64,000 nucleotides of DNA from the sequence record NC_061450.1, one strand, 5' to 3'. The notes beneath the pieces were generated by a model. It did not search any database and was not told the DNA's origin. It saw only the letters and a program-made list of their open reading frames with translations. Both the position numbers and the translations under genes were made by a program. Shown piece by piece: positions 35,309-44,389 of the stretch. Each line of letters starts with the position of its first letter. Positions within the stretch are counted from its first letter, which is position 1.

Positions 35309-36469
35309 ATGACTATGCTACGCAACTTTACCGCTGTATTGCCTGTTACCTGCAACGCTGATTGTGGCTTTTGTCCTGAGAAAGAAATGGAAGAGAAAGC
35401 CAAGCCAAAAGAATGGCAGGCAGCTCTTATCGATGCAATCACTGACAACGAAGATCGTGTTGACCACGTATCAATCTCAGGCGGCGAGCCTACGCTGCGC
35501 ATGAACTTCCTGTTCGATACCATTGACGAGATCTTGTCGCGTACTGGCATCGGCAATGTCGGTCTGACAACAAATGGTCGCTTCCTTGAGTCTGCAAACA
35601 GCACGCTCAAATTTCTCGATCTGAATACAGACCGAATGCTCCGCAGCAAGCTGAGCCACCTTAATATCTCCATGCATTCGTTTGACCGTGCTATGGCAAA
35701 CAAGATTATGGGCGTTGAGTATTCGTGGACGCTGGACGATCTTGTACGCTTTCGCCGCCAGCTCGGCCGTGATGTTAGCTTTCACATTAACTTTGTTGTT
35801 AACCAGCACAACATTGGTAACATCGAACAGGAATTCATCCTGGCACAACGTTTCATGCACGCCAACCCTATGATAGACGTGGTGTTCCGTATTGACTACA
35901 ACAACGATAAACTCAATCGAGAACTGCGGACCTATGGTCAAAGTGTTGAAGCATGGCGCGAAGCAACTCGTGGTAGTATCAAGGAAGAGAAAGAGGCACG
36001 CAAGCGTATTCGCAAACAGCCAAAGCTGTTGCAAACGTTTGATGAGATCTTTAGCGGCAGTCTGACGGACATGCTAAATGACGACTGGCTGCCAAGTTCT
36101 GACCGTCCTAATACGTCAGCGTGCCCAAGCTGCTTCACGCATCAAAGTCCTGGGATCAATAACAGTTTCGCCTGGCTTAAGGCAAGCGCGTATGAACCCA
36201 ACGAAGATGAACCAGAGTTCACAGAGTTGGTATTCCACATGGACGGCAAGCTGTACTATGACTGGTCACGCAACACGCCTGTGCATAAAGACAAGCCACT
36301 TTCAGCTAAAGCGGTAAAACGTTATCGTGGCCGCCGTGAGTTTGATCTTGAACCGAAAGATGAGCAGCCCAAGAAGGCAGCTAAAAAGAAAAAGAAAGAC
36401 GTAGAAGTTAAAGGCGGGAGTTGTACCTTTCGCCAAACTTCTGGCTCATGTACTTTCCGCGGGAATTAA
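35309..36469 (+). CDS. Radical SAM superfamily enzyme
   Basis: CNADCGFC (CxxxCxxC), ISGGEP, LTTNG, LNISMH; C-terminal tandem GSCTFR repeat. Confidence 0.9.
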   Translation: MTMLRNFTAVLPVTCNADCGFCPEKEMEEKAKPKEWQAALIDAITDNEDRVDHVSISGGEPTLRMNFLFDTIDEILSRTGIGNVGLTTNGRFLESANSTLKFLDLNTDRMLRSKLSHLNISMHSFDRAMANKIMGVEYSWTLDDLVRFRRQLGRDVSFHINFVVNQHNIGNIEQEFILAQRFMHANPMIDVVFRIDYNNDKLNRELRTYGQSVEAWREATRGSIKEEKEARKRIRKQPKLLQTFDEIFSGSLTDMLNDDWLPSSDRPNTSACPSCFTHQSPGINNSFAWLKASAYEPNEDEPEFTELVFHMDGKLYYDWSRNTPVHKDKPLSAKAVKRYRGRREFDLEPKDEQPKKAAKKKKKDVEVKGGSCTFRQTSGSCTFRGN

Positions 36470-36471
36470 TC

Positions 36472-36729
36472 ATGGCAGTAGGCTTTGCAAAAGATGATGG
36501 CGTTAACGATACCATCGAAAGCAATATCAATAACGAGATTGATTTTGCTCGTGCCCAACTCATGGGCGTAGGCTCCGAGTATTGCTTGAATTGTGATTGT
36601 GAGATTCCTCTCCGCCGTCGTCAAGCAATGCCCAACGCCAAGTATTGTGTCGAGTGCCAGTCAGATCATGATGGCACAAGCCACAGTTATTATAACCGTC
36701 GTGGCTCCAAAGACAGCCAGCTGAGGTAA
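36472..36729 (+). CDS. TraR/DksA-family C4 zinc-finger protein (YbiI-like)
   Basis: CLNCDCEIPLRRRQAMPNAKYCVECQ; N-terminus MAVGFAKDD and C-terminus YNRRGSKDSQLR match my recollection of E. coli YbiI. Confidence 0.9.
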   Translation: MAVGFAKDDGVNDTIESNINNEIDFARAQLMGVGSEYCLNCDCEIPLRRRQAMPNAKYCVECQSDHDGTSHSYYNRRGSKDSQLR

Positions 36730-36731
36730 CA

Positions 36732-37052
36732 ATGAAACTACTTCATCGAATCAAGACACGCCTGCTAGGTCAGGCTCTTGATGCTAATCCTCACGCCAAG
36801 AAAGTTATGGCGTGTTTGATTAAGGTCGGCCCTGATGTTGAAGCAGCGGTGCAGCAACACTTGAACGTGAAGCGCCCTTTGTATTTAGTTAGTCGCAGTA
36901 AACTGCACCGCTTGATAGAATGTGCAGGCATCAAACTAAATGGCGGGGAACAGTACGCCATAGCTTTTCTTATGCTGGGTAAAAAGATTGGTGAACCAAG
37001 TTGCATCAATTTAACCACAGCCGATCTTTTTGCTCCTAAATGGCTTGTATGA
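36732..37052 (+). CDS. Hypothetical protein
   Basis: GAGGT RBS. Confidence 0.7.
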   Translation: MKLLHRIKTRLLGQALDANPHAKKVMACLIKVGPDVEAAVQQHLNVKRPLYLVSRSKLHRLIECAGIKLNGGEQYAIAFLMLGKKIGEPSCINLTTADLFAPKWLV

Positions 37053-37111
37053 GGGCCCTTACCGTGAATACCAAAACCCCAAAACGCAACAAAACAGTAT
37101 CGAGGTTTTTC

Positions 37112-37588
37112 ATGCCAGCTAAAACTCCATTCAGTCCTCAGCAATACGCTGATCATCAGGCGGAGCAACGAGAGTTACGTGAGGAATGGCTGGCTCGCAA
37201 GGTCCAAGACGTAAACGAAATCTTGTATAACATGGCAGGTGGTAAGTCTCAAAAAACCATGCTCAACCAGCGCAATGAAATGGACCCTGACTACATTGAC
37301 TATATTGTCAATCGCAGTGACGATCCAGACTATAAGCACATCAACAAAGATACCATTCTGATCTTTATCGATCTCGGTACGTCCTTGGTGTGTGACGATA
37401 ACCTGCTGACCGACTTTGCTCAGTTGTTTATCGATGTTGGCTGGGGCCCGAATACCTCAGCACATATCCGCGCTGGATACGAGTTCGATGTATGGCTGGC
37501 ATTGGAGCCTGTAGTCGAAGCCGATGACATGGATGATTTTCCTGACCCTGATAATCAGGAAGATGATGACGAGGAAGAGGACGAATGA
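37112..37588 (+). CDS. Hypothetical protein with acidic tail
   Basis: GAGG RBS before ATG 37112 (ORF open from 37040). Confidence 0.7.
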   Translation: MPAKTPFSPQQYADHQAEQRELREEWLARKVQDVNEILYNMAGGKSQKTMLNQRNEMDPDYIDYIVNRSDDPDYKHINKDTILIFIDLGTSLVCDDNLLTDFAQLFIDVGWGPNTSAHIRAGYEFDVWLALEPVVEADDMDDFPDPDNQEDDDEEEDE

Positions 37589-38193
37589 GAAATATCCCAC
37601 TTTCAGATTTAACTGTAGCCAAGTCCGGTGACCACACAGTTATTTCCATTGACGACAATTATCGTCACATCGGTCCTGAGGTCGGCATCTTCTACGAGAA
37701 GGCACTTGACCTCAGTGCTCAGGGTTTTAATCGCAATCAAGTGGCGTGCATCATGAATATTCCGCTTGAAGAAGTAGCACGTCTTGCCACAGGCAATCGT
37801 CCTTATCCTGAGATTCATGCGATGAACTCAACGGACGCTCAAGAACTCCCTGTCGTTGAGCAGAACGTTATGGAGTTTGAACGTGAGTTGCGTGAGGTTG
37901 ATCATCTGATTGGTATCGACACGCCTCGCCCTCGCCGTCGTATGGAAAGTCCAGCAATGCGTCAAGCCGCCCGAATGTCACAGATCAAACGTCGTGAAGC
38001 GGACTCGCCTCGCAACGTTGTATATCAGGCGCAAGATGACACTGCCCTGTTTGTTGCTACAGCCGCCACAGTGTACGCAGCATCATCCAGCAGTGACAGT
38101 GATACCTGTAGTCGTCCAAGCGACAGCTACTCCTCACCTTCGTATGATTCGCCGAGCAGTAGCGGCAGCGATAGCAGTAGTAGTTGCGACTAA
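37585..38193 (+). CDS. Hypothetical protein with HTH-like segment and Ser-rich tail
   Basis: GFNRNQVACIMNIPLEEVARL; ends SSSSDSDTCSRPSDSYSSPSYDSPSSSGSDSSSSCD. Confidence 0.75.
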   Translation: MRNIPLSDLTVAKSGDHTVISIDDNYRHIGPEVGIFYEKALDLSAQGFNRNQVACIMNIPLEEVARLATGNRPYPEIHAMNSTDAQELPVVEQNVMEFERELREVDHLIGIDTPRPRRRMESPAMRQAARMSQIKRREADSPRNVVYQAQDDTALFVATAATVYAASSSSDSDTCSRPSDSYSSPSYDSPSSSGSDSSSSCD

Positions 38194-38205
38194 GGAGGTC
38201 GTATA

Positions 38206-38352
38206 GTGAAACGCTTAATTGCCTTATTCCGTCGCTGGTGGTACAGCGATGAGATTGAACAACGTGAACGTCGTCTGCGCCGTATCGATGAGGAACTGAA
38301 ACTCAAGGCCGAGAACTTCAAGCAACAACCAGCAAAGCGCGTGAGTTGGTAA
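38206..38352 (+). CDS. Small 48-aa protein (below ORF-track cut-off)
   Basis: Strong TAAGGAGG RBS, GTG start: MKRLIALFRRWWYSDEIEQRERRLRRIDEELKLKAENFKQQPAKRVSW. Confidence 0.7.
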   Translation: MKRLIALFRRWWYSDEIEQRERRLRRIDEELKLKAENFKQQPAKRVSW

Positions 38353-38471
38353 CTAGCCTAGACCAACAATACAAACACGAGGCTACCAAAGACAAGCAGC
38401 GGTATGGCAGGATGGTGCGCACACAACCTGTCAGGCTTAATCTCATCCTTGCAAGAAGTGTCGAGGCTGCC

Positions 38472-38801
38472 ATGAGCATACCCGTAGAAATTGTAAAAGA
38501 CTTTGTATTCGTTAAACGCTTTTGCTACTGGTTAGCTGCGGAGTTGACTCAGGGCACAATGCTGTTAACGAACGAAGCAGATCGTGAAACAGTGATCAGC
38601 GCCTGTCGAAGTGTGCTGGAATCTTACAAGCCGCACTATGTGGCGTATGTTGTTAATGAAAAAATCTGGCCTGCTCTTAATGCGGCCATCGAACTTCGCG
38701 CTGTTGAAGTCGTTACCCGTGCGGCAAGCGCTGCCGATTGGTTTACTAACGAAAACGCCGAACTGTTCATTACTAGAGGACAATTAGATGCGCCCGAATG
38801 A
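38472..38801 (+). CDS. Hypothetical protein
   Basis: GAGG RBS before ATG 38472. Confidence 0.65.
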   Translation: MSIPVEIVKDFVFVKRFCYWLAAELTQGTMLLTNEADRETVISACRSVLESYKPHYVAYVVNEKIWPALNAAIELRAVEVVTRAASAADWFTNENAELFITRGQLDAPE

Positions 38802-39660
38802 TAAAGCCCAGTTTGATAATCACGAAGTAAATGCCGATGGCGTAATGTTAGAAATCTTGCGTGTCTTTGGCGATTGCGCTGAAATGCTGATCGTGTGTGA
38901 TGAAGAACAGCTCCGCGATCTTCTGGTTCAGTTCGGCACCTCCTACAACAACATCGAAGATTCTAATCGTCTGGAGCTGTTGTATCTGTTGAGCAAAAAA
39001 GTTAACGATCAAGACGATGCTCTGCGCGTTGGTGCCTTCTACACAAAAGAGTTTGGTGCTTGTGAGGACGATGAAGTCCTGCTTCACCTGTGTGAAGGCC
39101 TGATCGATTACGTCGCGCTCAATGACGACGAAGAGGAATCCGACGAGGAAGAAGATGACCTCGACGAAGACGAAGAAGATCAAACAACCTGCGATAGCTG
39201 CGGCAACGAGTTCGATTCTGTCGGACGTTGTAGTTGCGCCACCAGCTATGACTTTGAACAAGACCACGAAGAGGATAGTGCCATGATCAAGCCTAAAGAA
39301 ACAAGCGAAGTGCTGGCAGTTAATTATACCAACGCGGTAAACGCATTGCGTGATGATGTTGTGCTGCCTATGATTCCATACATCATTTCTACCGAAGGCG
39401 CTGACATTCACGTTCACACCGCCGAGCAGGTTCGTCTGTGGCTGCAACAGGCAACTCAGCGCGATCTGGAGCACATGCTGCATCATATTGTGGCGCCCGA
39501 TGAAGATCTGCGTGAACATGAGGTAATTCCTCAGAACCCAAATATGTTCAGCACCAAGCACATGGTACTGCTGGAAATTCTTAACGAACTCCATCCACAA
39601 GATCCACCAGAGCAACATGATGATGACGCAGACGACGAAGACTTCGCATTCAAGAACTAA
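38788..39660 (+). CDS. Acidic hypothetical protein with central CxxC..CxC motif
   Basis: GAGGA RBS; TCDSCG...GRCSC between acidic tracts. Confidence 0.8.
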   Translation: MRPNDKAQFDNHEVNADGVMLEILRVFGDCAEMLIVCDEEQLRDLLVQFGTSYNNIEDSNRLELLYLLSKKVNDQDDALRVGAFYTKEFGACEDDEVLLHLCEGLIDYVALNDDEEESDEEEDDLDEDEEDQTTCDSCGNEFDSVGRCSCATSYDFEQDHEEDSAMIKPKETSEVLAVNYTNAVNALRDDVVLPMIPYIISTEGADIHVHTAEQVRLWLQQATQRDLEHMLHHIVAPDEDLREHEVIPQNPNMFSTKHMVLLEILNELHPQDPPEQHDDDADDEDFAFKN

Positions 39661-39676
39661 CACTGAATTTCCAGGT

Positions 39677-40000
39677 ATGACCGACACGGAAGTCGAGTCT
39701 TTCTTACTTAGCCCAGCTTGTGGCTTTATCAAAGTACGCAAGCTGGAGGAAGGTGAGTGGATTGGACTCCTACGCCTTGCCTTCACTCTCAGTGTTTGTT
39801 GCGGCGTTGGGTCTATCACTTGCTTTAAGTATCGCTGGTGCTTTGAAGACCCAGCAGAAGCCGAGCACATGTTTGCAACGCTTGAATCCTACGACGATCC
39901 TCCGCAAGAAGATCACAGGCACAGTCTACGTGGTCATCGATATTGGGGACGTAAACCTCTTCTCAAAATGAAAGATGAAAACGGAATAGACAGATGGTAG
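39677..40000 (+). CDS. Hypothetical protein
   Basis: ATG 39677. Confidence 0.65.
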   Translation: MTDTEVESFLLSPACGFIKVRKLEEGEWIGLLRLAFTLSVCCGVGSITCFKYRWCFEDPAEAEHMFATLESYDDPPQEDHRHSLRGHRYWGRKPLLKMKDENGIDRW

Positions 40001-40353
40001 AACAGCATATTCTCGCTCGTATCTATGAGCACTGCGCCTCAGGCAAGTCTGATGAGGCTTTTCTTGTCGAGCTGGTAACTGAGTTTGACGGTGACGCGAA
40101 CAGCATTAACGAAAACCCTGAGCCGTTCCTCAAGTACCTGCACGCCAAGTGTGATTTTCTTGATTGGTTCAGCATCATGCTGGTAATTCAGGAACTATGT
40201 GGTCGTCAACTGCCTCGTGCATTTGATGAACGCCTTGAAGCCGCTACAACACTTGAAAAGTTTGACCAGGTGGTAGGTCCTTATTTGGAGCCGGAGCATG
40301 AATACCAAGAACGTGAAGATCACGAACACGGAGACACAGATGATTGTGCCTAA
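39994..40353 (+). CDS. Hypothetical protein
   Basis: 119-aa ORF in operon. Confidence 0.7.
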   Translation: MVEQHILARIYEHCASGKSDEAFLVELVTEFDGDANSINENPEPFLKYLHAKCDFLDWFSIMLVIQELCGRQLPRAFDERLEAATTLEKFDQVVGPYLEPEHEYQEREDHEHGDTDDCA

Positions 40354-40807
40354 TGCCCGAGAGCATACGGGTATGGAAAACGCTGTGATTCTGGTTCAGT
40401 CTGAAATCGATGCGGGCATTAAACGCATCGAACAAACTCTGTCAAACTTTGGCCTGTCCGCTAGTGATATCTTTTATGACCCTTGCTTCTTTGATGAACT
40501 TGAATCTCAAGGCGGCTGGGGCTGTACACTAAGTGAGGCGTCCAGAGAAAAGCTGCGGAATTGTGCTGCGGTTGAACTTCGAGCCATCGGTATGATGGGC
40601 GGCGATGATATCGAACAAATGCTGGATACCATTCGCGATACAGGTAACCAGATGCGTCGCCGTGCTGTGGCAGTAAGTGCCAGTCGTAGTGCTAAGCCTG
40701 ACAAGCGTACTGTCCGTCTGGAGCTTACGCTTGCAGAATATGACAGCTTGAAATCAAAAGCTGGTGGCCAGTCAATCCAAGATTACATCAAAAGGAAACT
40801 CTTGTGA
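40340..40807 (+). CDS. Protein with C-terminal ribbon-helix-helix-like DNA-binding segment
   Basis: GGAG RBS; RTVRLELTLAEYDSLKSKAGGQSIQDYIKRKL. Confidence 0.6.
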   Translation: MIVPNAREHTGMENAVILVQSEIDAGIKRIEQTLSNFGLSASDIFYDPCFFDELESQGGWGCTLSEASREKLRNCAAVELRAIGMMGGDDIEQMLDTIRDTGNQMRRRAVAVSASRSAKPDKRTVRLELTLAEYDSLKSKAGGQSIQDYIKRKLL

Positions 40808-41085
40808 AAGAACTAAATCCGATTGCCCTGCGTCCTTTGATTAAAAAGTTTCAGAAAGGCAGTGACCCACTGACCAACGACGAAGTTCGCAAGCTGCGTG
40901 AGTATTATCGTGTAGCCAGCGATGTGGCAAAAGCAGACCCTGCTTTGGAAGGCGTCAGCGCTTACGTCAACCTCAGCTATCAGCAACTGGACCGTTACTT
41001 TGAAGCGCGTAAGATGAGCGACGACGTTCCTGGTATTCACGGCGATGCTTGTGAAACAGTAAGTAGCCCACCACGCAAACCATAA
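40804..41085 (+). CDS. Hypothetical protein
   Basis: AAGGA RBS, GTG start. Confidence 0.7.
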   Translation: MKELNPIALRPLIKKFQKGSDPLTNDEVRKLREYYRVASDVAKADPALEGVSAYVNLSYQQLDRYFEARKMSDDVPGIHGDACETVSSPPRKP

Positions 41086-41086
41086 T

Positions 41087-41095
41087 CTGTAAATA
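41087..41095 (+). promoter_or_regulatory. CTGTAAATA motif followed by hairpin GGGAGATCT-GAAA-AGATTTCCC
   Basis: Recurrent gene-junction motif. Confidence 0.5.
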
Positions 41096-41150
41096 ACTCA
41101 TAGGGAGATCTGAAAAGATTTCCCATTGTGCATTCTGCTGGAGAAAAAGT

Positions 41151-41576
41151 ATGCCACGACCTATGTCTAGTCCCTACCGTTGTATGGAGATTACGCTGCA
41201 CAACATTCAGGCTTTCTTAGAAGACCTGCAACAGGACAGCGATGCAAAAGAATGTGTTGAACTCATGCAGCCTCATGTATGCAATCCTGAGATCACTATT
41301 CACGCTGCCTATTTTGAAAGCAGGCCAGTAGCTGTCATCGGTATTTATCGCGGTATGTATTTGGCTTTTGTAATTGTACGCCAGCCGCATCGTAGAAAAG
41401 GCGTTGGTCGTTGTTTGATGGACAAGTATGCAACTCAGGTTCAGTCTATCCTGATACCACATGCTGACCGTAGTGACAGCCTTGCTCACAAGTTTCTCCG
41501 CAACGTTGGATGGCGAGACTATAAGCAGATGGACCTTCAGACTGATTCTATGATACGTGAAGACTTTAAAGCATAG
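41151..41576 (+). CDS. GNAT-family acetyltransferase
   Basis: FVIVRQPHRRKGVGRCLM (motif A); FLRNVGW. Confidence 0.75.
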   Translation: MPRPMSSPYRCMEITLHNIQAFLEDLQQDSDAKECVELMQPHVCNPEITIHAAYFESRPVAVIGIYRGMYLAFVIVRQPHRRKGVGRCLMDKYATQVQSILIPHADRSDSLAHKFLRNVGWRDYKQMDLQTDSMIREDFKA

Positions 41577-41583
41577 GTAATTT

Positions 41584-42561
41584 ATGAAACTCGGTTTCGC
41601 CTGCAAGTATATCGACTACCGTGGCAAGCAGCCATTTGCAAGCCGCTCAGTTAATTTCAGCCAACTGTCAAAGCTCAGCCCTGAACAGCAAATCGACAAG
41701 CTGGTTGAGATTGCAGGCCATAATGTAGCTGCCTTGTTCAGCATGATTGAACACGTAGGCAAGCAGCGTCCTGACTTGCGCATGTTCCGTATCACAAGCG
41801 ATTTGTTTCCGTTGTTTACGCATCCCAAGGTGCATCACCTGTATGAGCGACACGTCAACCATCTAGTCAGCCTAGTACTGGCCATGTGTGGTAAAGTTGC
41901 TCGTCGGCATGGTGTGCGTCTTAGCTTTCATCCTGGTCAATTCACGGTGCTGGCCAGCGACAAGCCTCATGTTGTAGACAACGCAATCGAGGAGCTTGAG
42001 TACCACACATGGTGTGCCGTACAGATGGGTTATGGTCAGAAGTTCCAAGATTTCAAGATCAACATTCATCTGTCAGGTGCTGGTGGCGCAACTGAGTTTC
42101 GTCGTAATTTTAAACGTCTCAGCCCAGAGTGTCGTCGTATGCTCACGGTTGAGAATGATGAAGTCTCCTCCAGTGTTGAACAGTGTTTGACGCTGGCGGA
42201 TATCTGTCCTGTTGTTCTCGACATTCATCATCATTGGGTTATGACCAACGAATACATCATGCCCAGTGATGCCCGAGTTCAGCAGGTTATTGACTCATGG
42301 CGTGGCGTGCGTCCTACCATGCACTACTCTGTGTCGCGTCCTGAGTTCGTTCCTAGTGACCGTCTTCCTGATCAGAATAAGCTGTCCGTTGCCCGTGGTA
42401 AATTGCGTGCTCACTCTGACTACTATCACAACGATGCAGTCAACGAGTGGGCGTTAACGTTTGACCAGTTCGATATTATGTGTGAGTCAAAGGCAAAGAA
42501 TCTAGCCCGTACGCTGCTATTGCTAGACAAGCCTTATTCGACAAATCACTGGTCAAAATAG
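41584..42561 (+). CDS. uvsE: UV-damage endonuclease (UvsE/UVDE)
   Basis: MKLGFACK, FRITSDLFP, RLSFHPGQFTVLAS, LTVENDE, VLDIHHHW, AHSDY, DIMCESKAK. Confidence 0.93.
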   Translation: MKLGFACKYIDYRGKQPFASRSVNFSQLSKLSPEQQIDKLVEIAGHNVAALFSMIEHVGKQRPDLRMFRITSDLFPLFTHPKVHHLYERHVNHLVSLVLAMCGKVARRHGVRLSFHPGQFTVLASDKPHVVDNAIEELEYHTWCAVQMGYGQKFQDFKINIHLSGAGGATEFRRNFKRLSPECRRMLTVENDEVSSSVEQCLTLADICPVVLDIHHHWVMTNEYIMPSDARVQQVIDSWRGVRPTMHYSVSRPEFVPSDRLPDQNKLSVARGKLRAHSDYYHNDAVNEWALTFDQFDIMCESKAKNLARTLLLLDKPYSTNHWSK

Positions 42562-42593
42562 CGCTAGATGCTGTGGGCGGGACATGCTATAAT
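42541..42593 (+). promoter_or_regulatory. Promoter with conserved upstream box, copy 4 (overlaps uvsE 3' end)
   Basis: ACAAATCACTGGTCAAAA-6nt-TAGATG-17nt(TGC)-TATAAT. Confidence 0.75.
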
Positions 42594-42641
42594 CTGACTA
42601 GGCAGATAGTGTCACATTAAACGCTTTATGAGGTATGTTTA

Positions 42642-42941
42642 ATGTATACTGCACCGTCAGAAAAACCCAAGTCCCGCATCAACGAACTTGACCTGAGCCA
42701 GATTAGACTCAAGGTTGTTCCGCCGAGCCGCCGCATGTATCGTCTGGCACTTAACGTGCTGGAGATTGCACCTGAGATTAAGCGTGCTGCTCGTCGTGCT
42801 GGGATTGTTATGGGTATCGACAATTTCCGTGAAACGTTTACTGGTGAACGTAACGAGATTGTGAATCTTATTCAAAAACACCTAGCGCCCAACAACCCTG
42901 CCAAACAAAAGGAGTTGGTGCGCCAAATGACTGAGGCGTAA
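42642..42941 (+). CDS. Hypothetical protein
   Basis: GAGGT RBS. Confidence 0.75.
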   Translation: MYTAPSEKPKSRINELDLSQIRLKVVPPSRRMYRLALNVLEIAPEIKRAARRAGIVMGIDNFRETFTGERNEIVNLIQKHLAPNNPAKQKELVRQMTEA

Positions 42942-42942
42942 A

Positions 42943-43137
42943 ATGAAAGTAAGCCCTATACAGGCGCTGTTTCGATTTCTTGACCTCCCCAGGAAAACTG
43001 AGCAACGCCATAAACAACACCAGCAGCAGGGAAAGCCTGCACAAACTGAGTTTGAACAAAAACTATGTGCATCGATTGCTAGTCGCGAGGCATCCAATCA
43101 GGTGTACACTGCCGAAGGTAAGTTAAAGATTCTTTAA
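42943..43137 (+). CDS. Small hypothetical protein
   Basis: GAGG RBS, 64 aa. Confidence 0.55.
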   Translation: MKVSPIQALFRFLDLPRKTEQRHKQHQQQGKPAQTEFEQKLCASIASREASNQVYTAEGKLKIL

Positions 43138-43205
43138 CCTATGCCATCGAACAATGGAACTGTAGCACCACTTAACAAAAATAACACTGTGGTTTATCGG
43201 GAGAT

Positions 43206-43592
43206 ATGAAAATGATTGTTATCTGCAATAGCAGCATTGACTTTAGCCGTTCTCGTCTGCATCAAGGTGATGCGTTTGTGTTTGGCAAGAACAACATGCT
43301 AGTACGGGCAGATTTTATTATCCTGACCGACATGACAGGCATGTTCTATGTGATTAGACATTCTGACATTGTTTGGCCAGACCGGTTAGAGGGCGCAACT
43401 CATGTTGTCAAGATTCGAGCTTTTGCAACAATCCGAAAAATGGAAGTTGTTGCCGCTTGCCCTCGCTTTGAGCATCGACGCACTGGTACGCTGGCGTTTC
43501 GTAATCTTAGTTTTGAACTACGACTCCAGACGTTACCGTTTACTGTAACGGACTTCGGAGAATCTGAAAATGCCCCGCTACTTAGTGCATAA
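43206..43592 (+). CDS. Hypothetical protein
   Basis: GGGAG RBS. Confidence 0.65.
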   Translation: MKMIVICNSSIDFSRSRLHQGDAFVFGKNNMLVRADFIILTDMTGMFYVIRHSDIVWPDRLEGATHVVKIRAFATIRKMEVVAACPRFEHRRTGTLAFRNLSFELRLQTLPFTVTDFGESENAPLLSA

Positions 43593-43806
43593 CTGTTTAA
43601 CACCTTTTCAGGGCCTTGCGTATGCTGGGCCCGCCATGCAAGAGGCAGGCTATGAAGAAGATGCCGTTGCTGATTTTGAAAAGCTAGACCAAGCCATTGA
43701 ATGCGCGGACAAGTTACATGCCGTTGTTGATAGTGGCTGGTTAGTTGTCCATTCATTTAACGAACGGGTGCTGTATGATTCTCGCGCCGCCCAGCGCATA
43801 GGATAG
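43570..43806 (+). CDS. Hypothetical protein
   Basis: GGAG RBS. Confidence 0.65.
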   Translation: MPRYLVHNCLTPFQGLAYAGPAMQEAGYEEDAVADFEKLDQAIECADKLHAVVDSGWLVVHSFNERVLYDSRAAQRIG

Positions 43807-43814
43807 TGTAAATA
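43806..43814 (+). promoter_or_regulatory. GTGTAAATA motif followed by hairpin GCATGGC-TTGCGG-GCCATGC
   Basis: Recurrent gene-junction motif. Confidence 0.4.
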
Positions 43815-43866
43815 TCAATTACTGCATGGCTTGCGGGCCATGCTTCCCTCTTCTCAAGGACTAAAC

Positions 43867-44379
43867 ATGTTTTCTAAAATCGCTGTTGTATCTGCCTACC
43901 TCGCTATTGCTACCGCTGCCTCTCAAATGGCTCTCGCCACCGGCGTTTCAAATCTCACCGACCTTAGTCGCGAGATTGCGCTGTCTCAGCCCACGTACAC
44001 AATCACTTCCGAAATGGACAGTGACTGCAAGGCGCACTTCAAGGGCAATGAACAACTCCGTAAAGCTAATCTCGTTTTCGCCACCAGCAAGTCAACCATC
44101 GACAGTTATCCTGCATGGCCTCTGGTTTGCAGCTACGCAGTTATGTCCGACAAAGTCGCTGTAACTGATCTGGGCCGTGGTGATCGTCAAATTGATTTCC
44201 AGCGCGTCACAGACAGCAAGCCGTATCTGAGTATCATCCTCCAGCAAGTTACTGATGGTGAGGACGATACTGACTATCAAATGGTAATGATGAACAATCA
44301 GAGCCTGATGGAATACTCACGCCAGAAGCGTGTTATGACTCTGATGCTGGACCAGTACAAACACGTAGTTGGCGAATAA
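43867..44379 (+). CDS. Putative exported (signal-peptide) protein
   Basis: AAGGA RBS; MFSKIAVVSAYLAIATAASQMALA. Confidence 0.7.
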   Translation: MFSKIAVVSAYLAIATAASQMALATGVSNLTDLSREIALSQPTYTITSEMDSDCKAHFKGNEQLRKANLVFATSKSTIDSYPAWPLVCSYAVMSDKVAVTDLGRGDRQIDFQRVTDSKPYLSIILQQVTDGEDDTDYQMVMMNNQSLMEYSRQKRVMTLMLDQYKHVVGE

Positions 44380-44389
44380 GGAGAATATC

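Noticed and set aside
40340-41576. RHH + GNAT toxin-antitoxin pair (TacAT/AtaRT-like)
   Set aside because: Genes are separated by another ORF and a candidate promoter/hairpin; RHH is C-terminal on a larger protein, unlike those antitoxins
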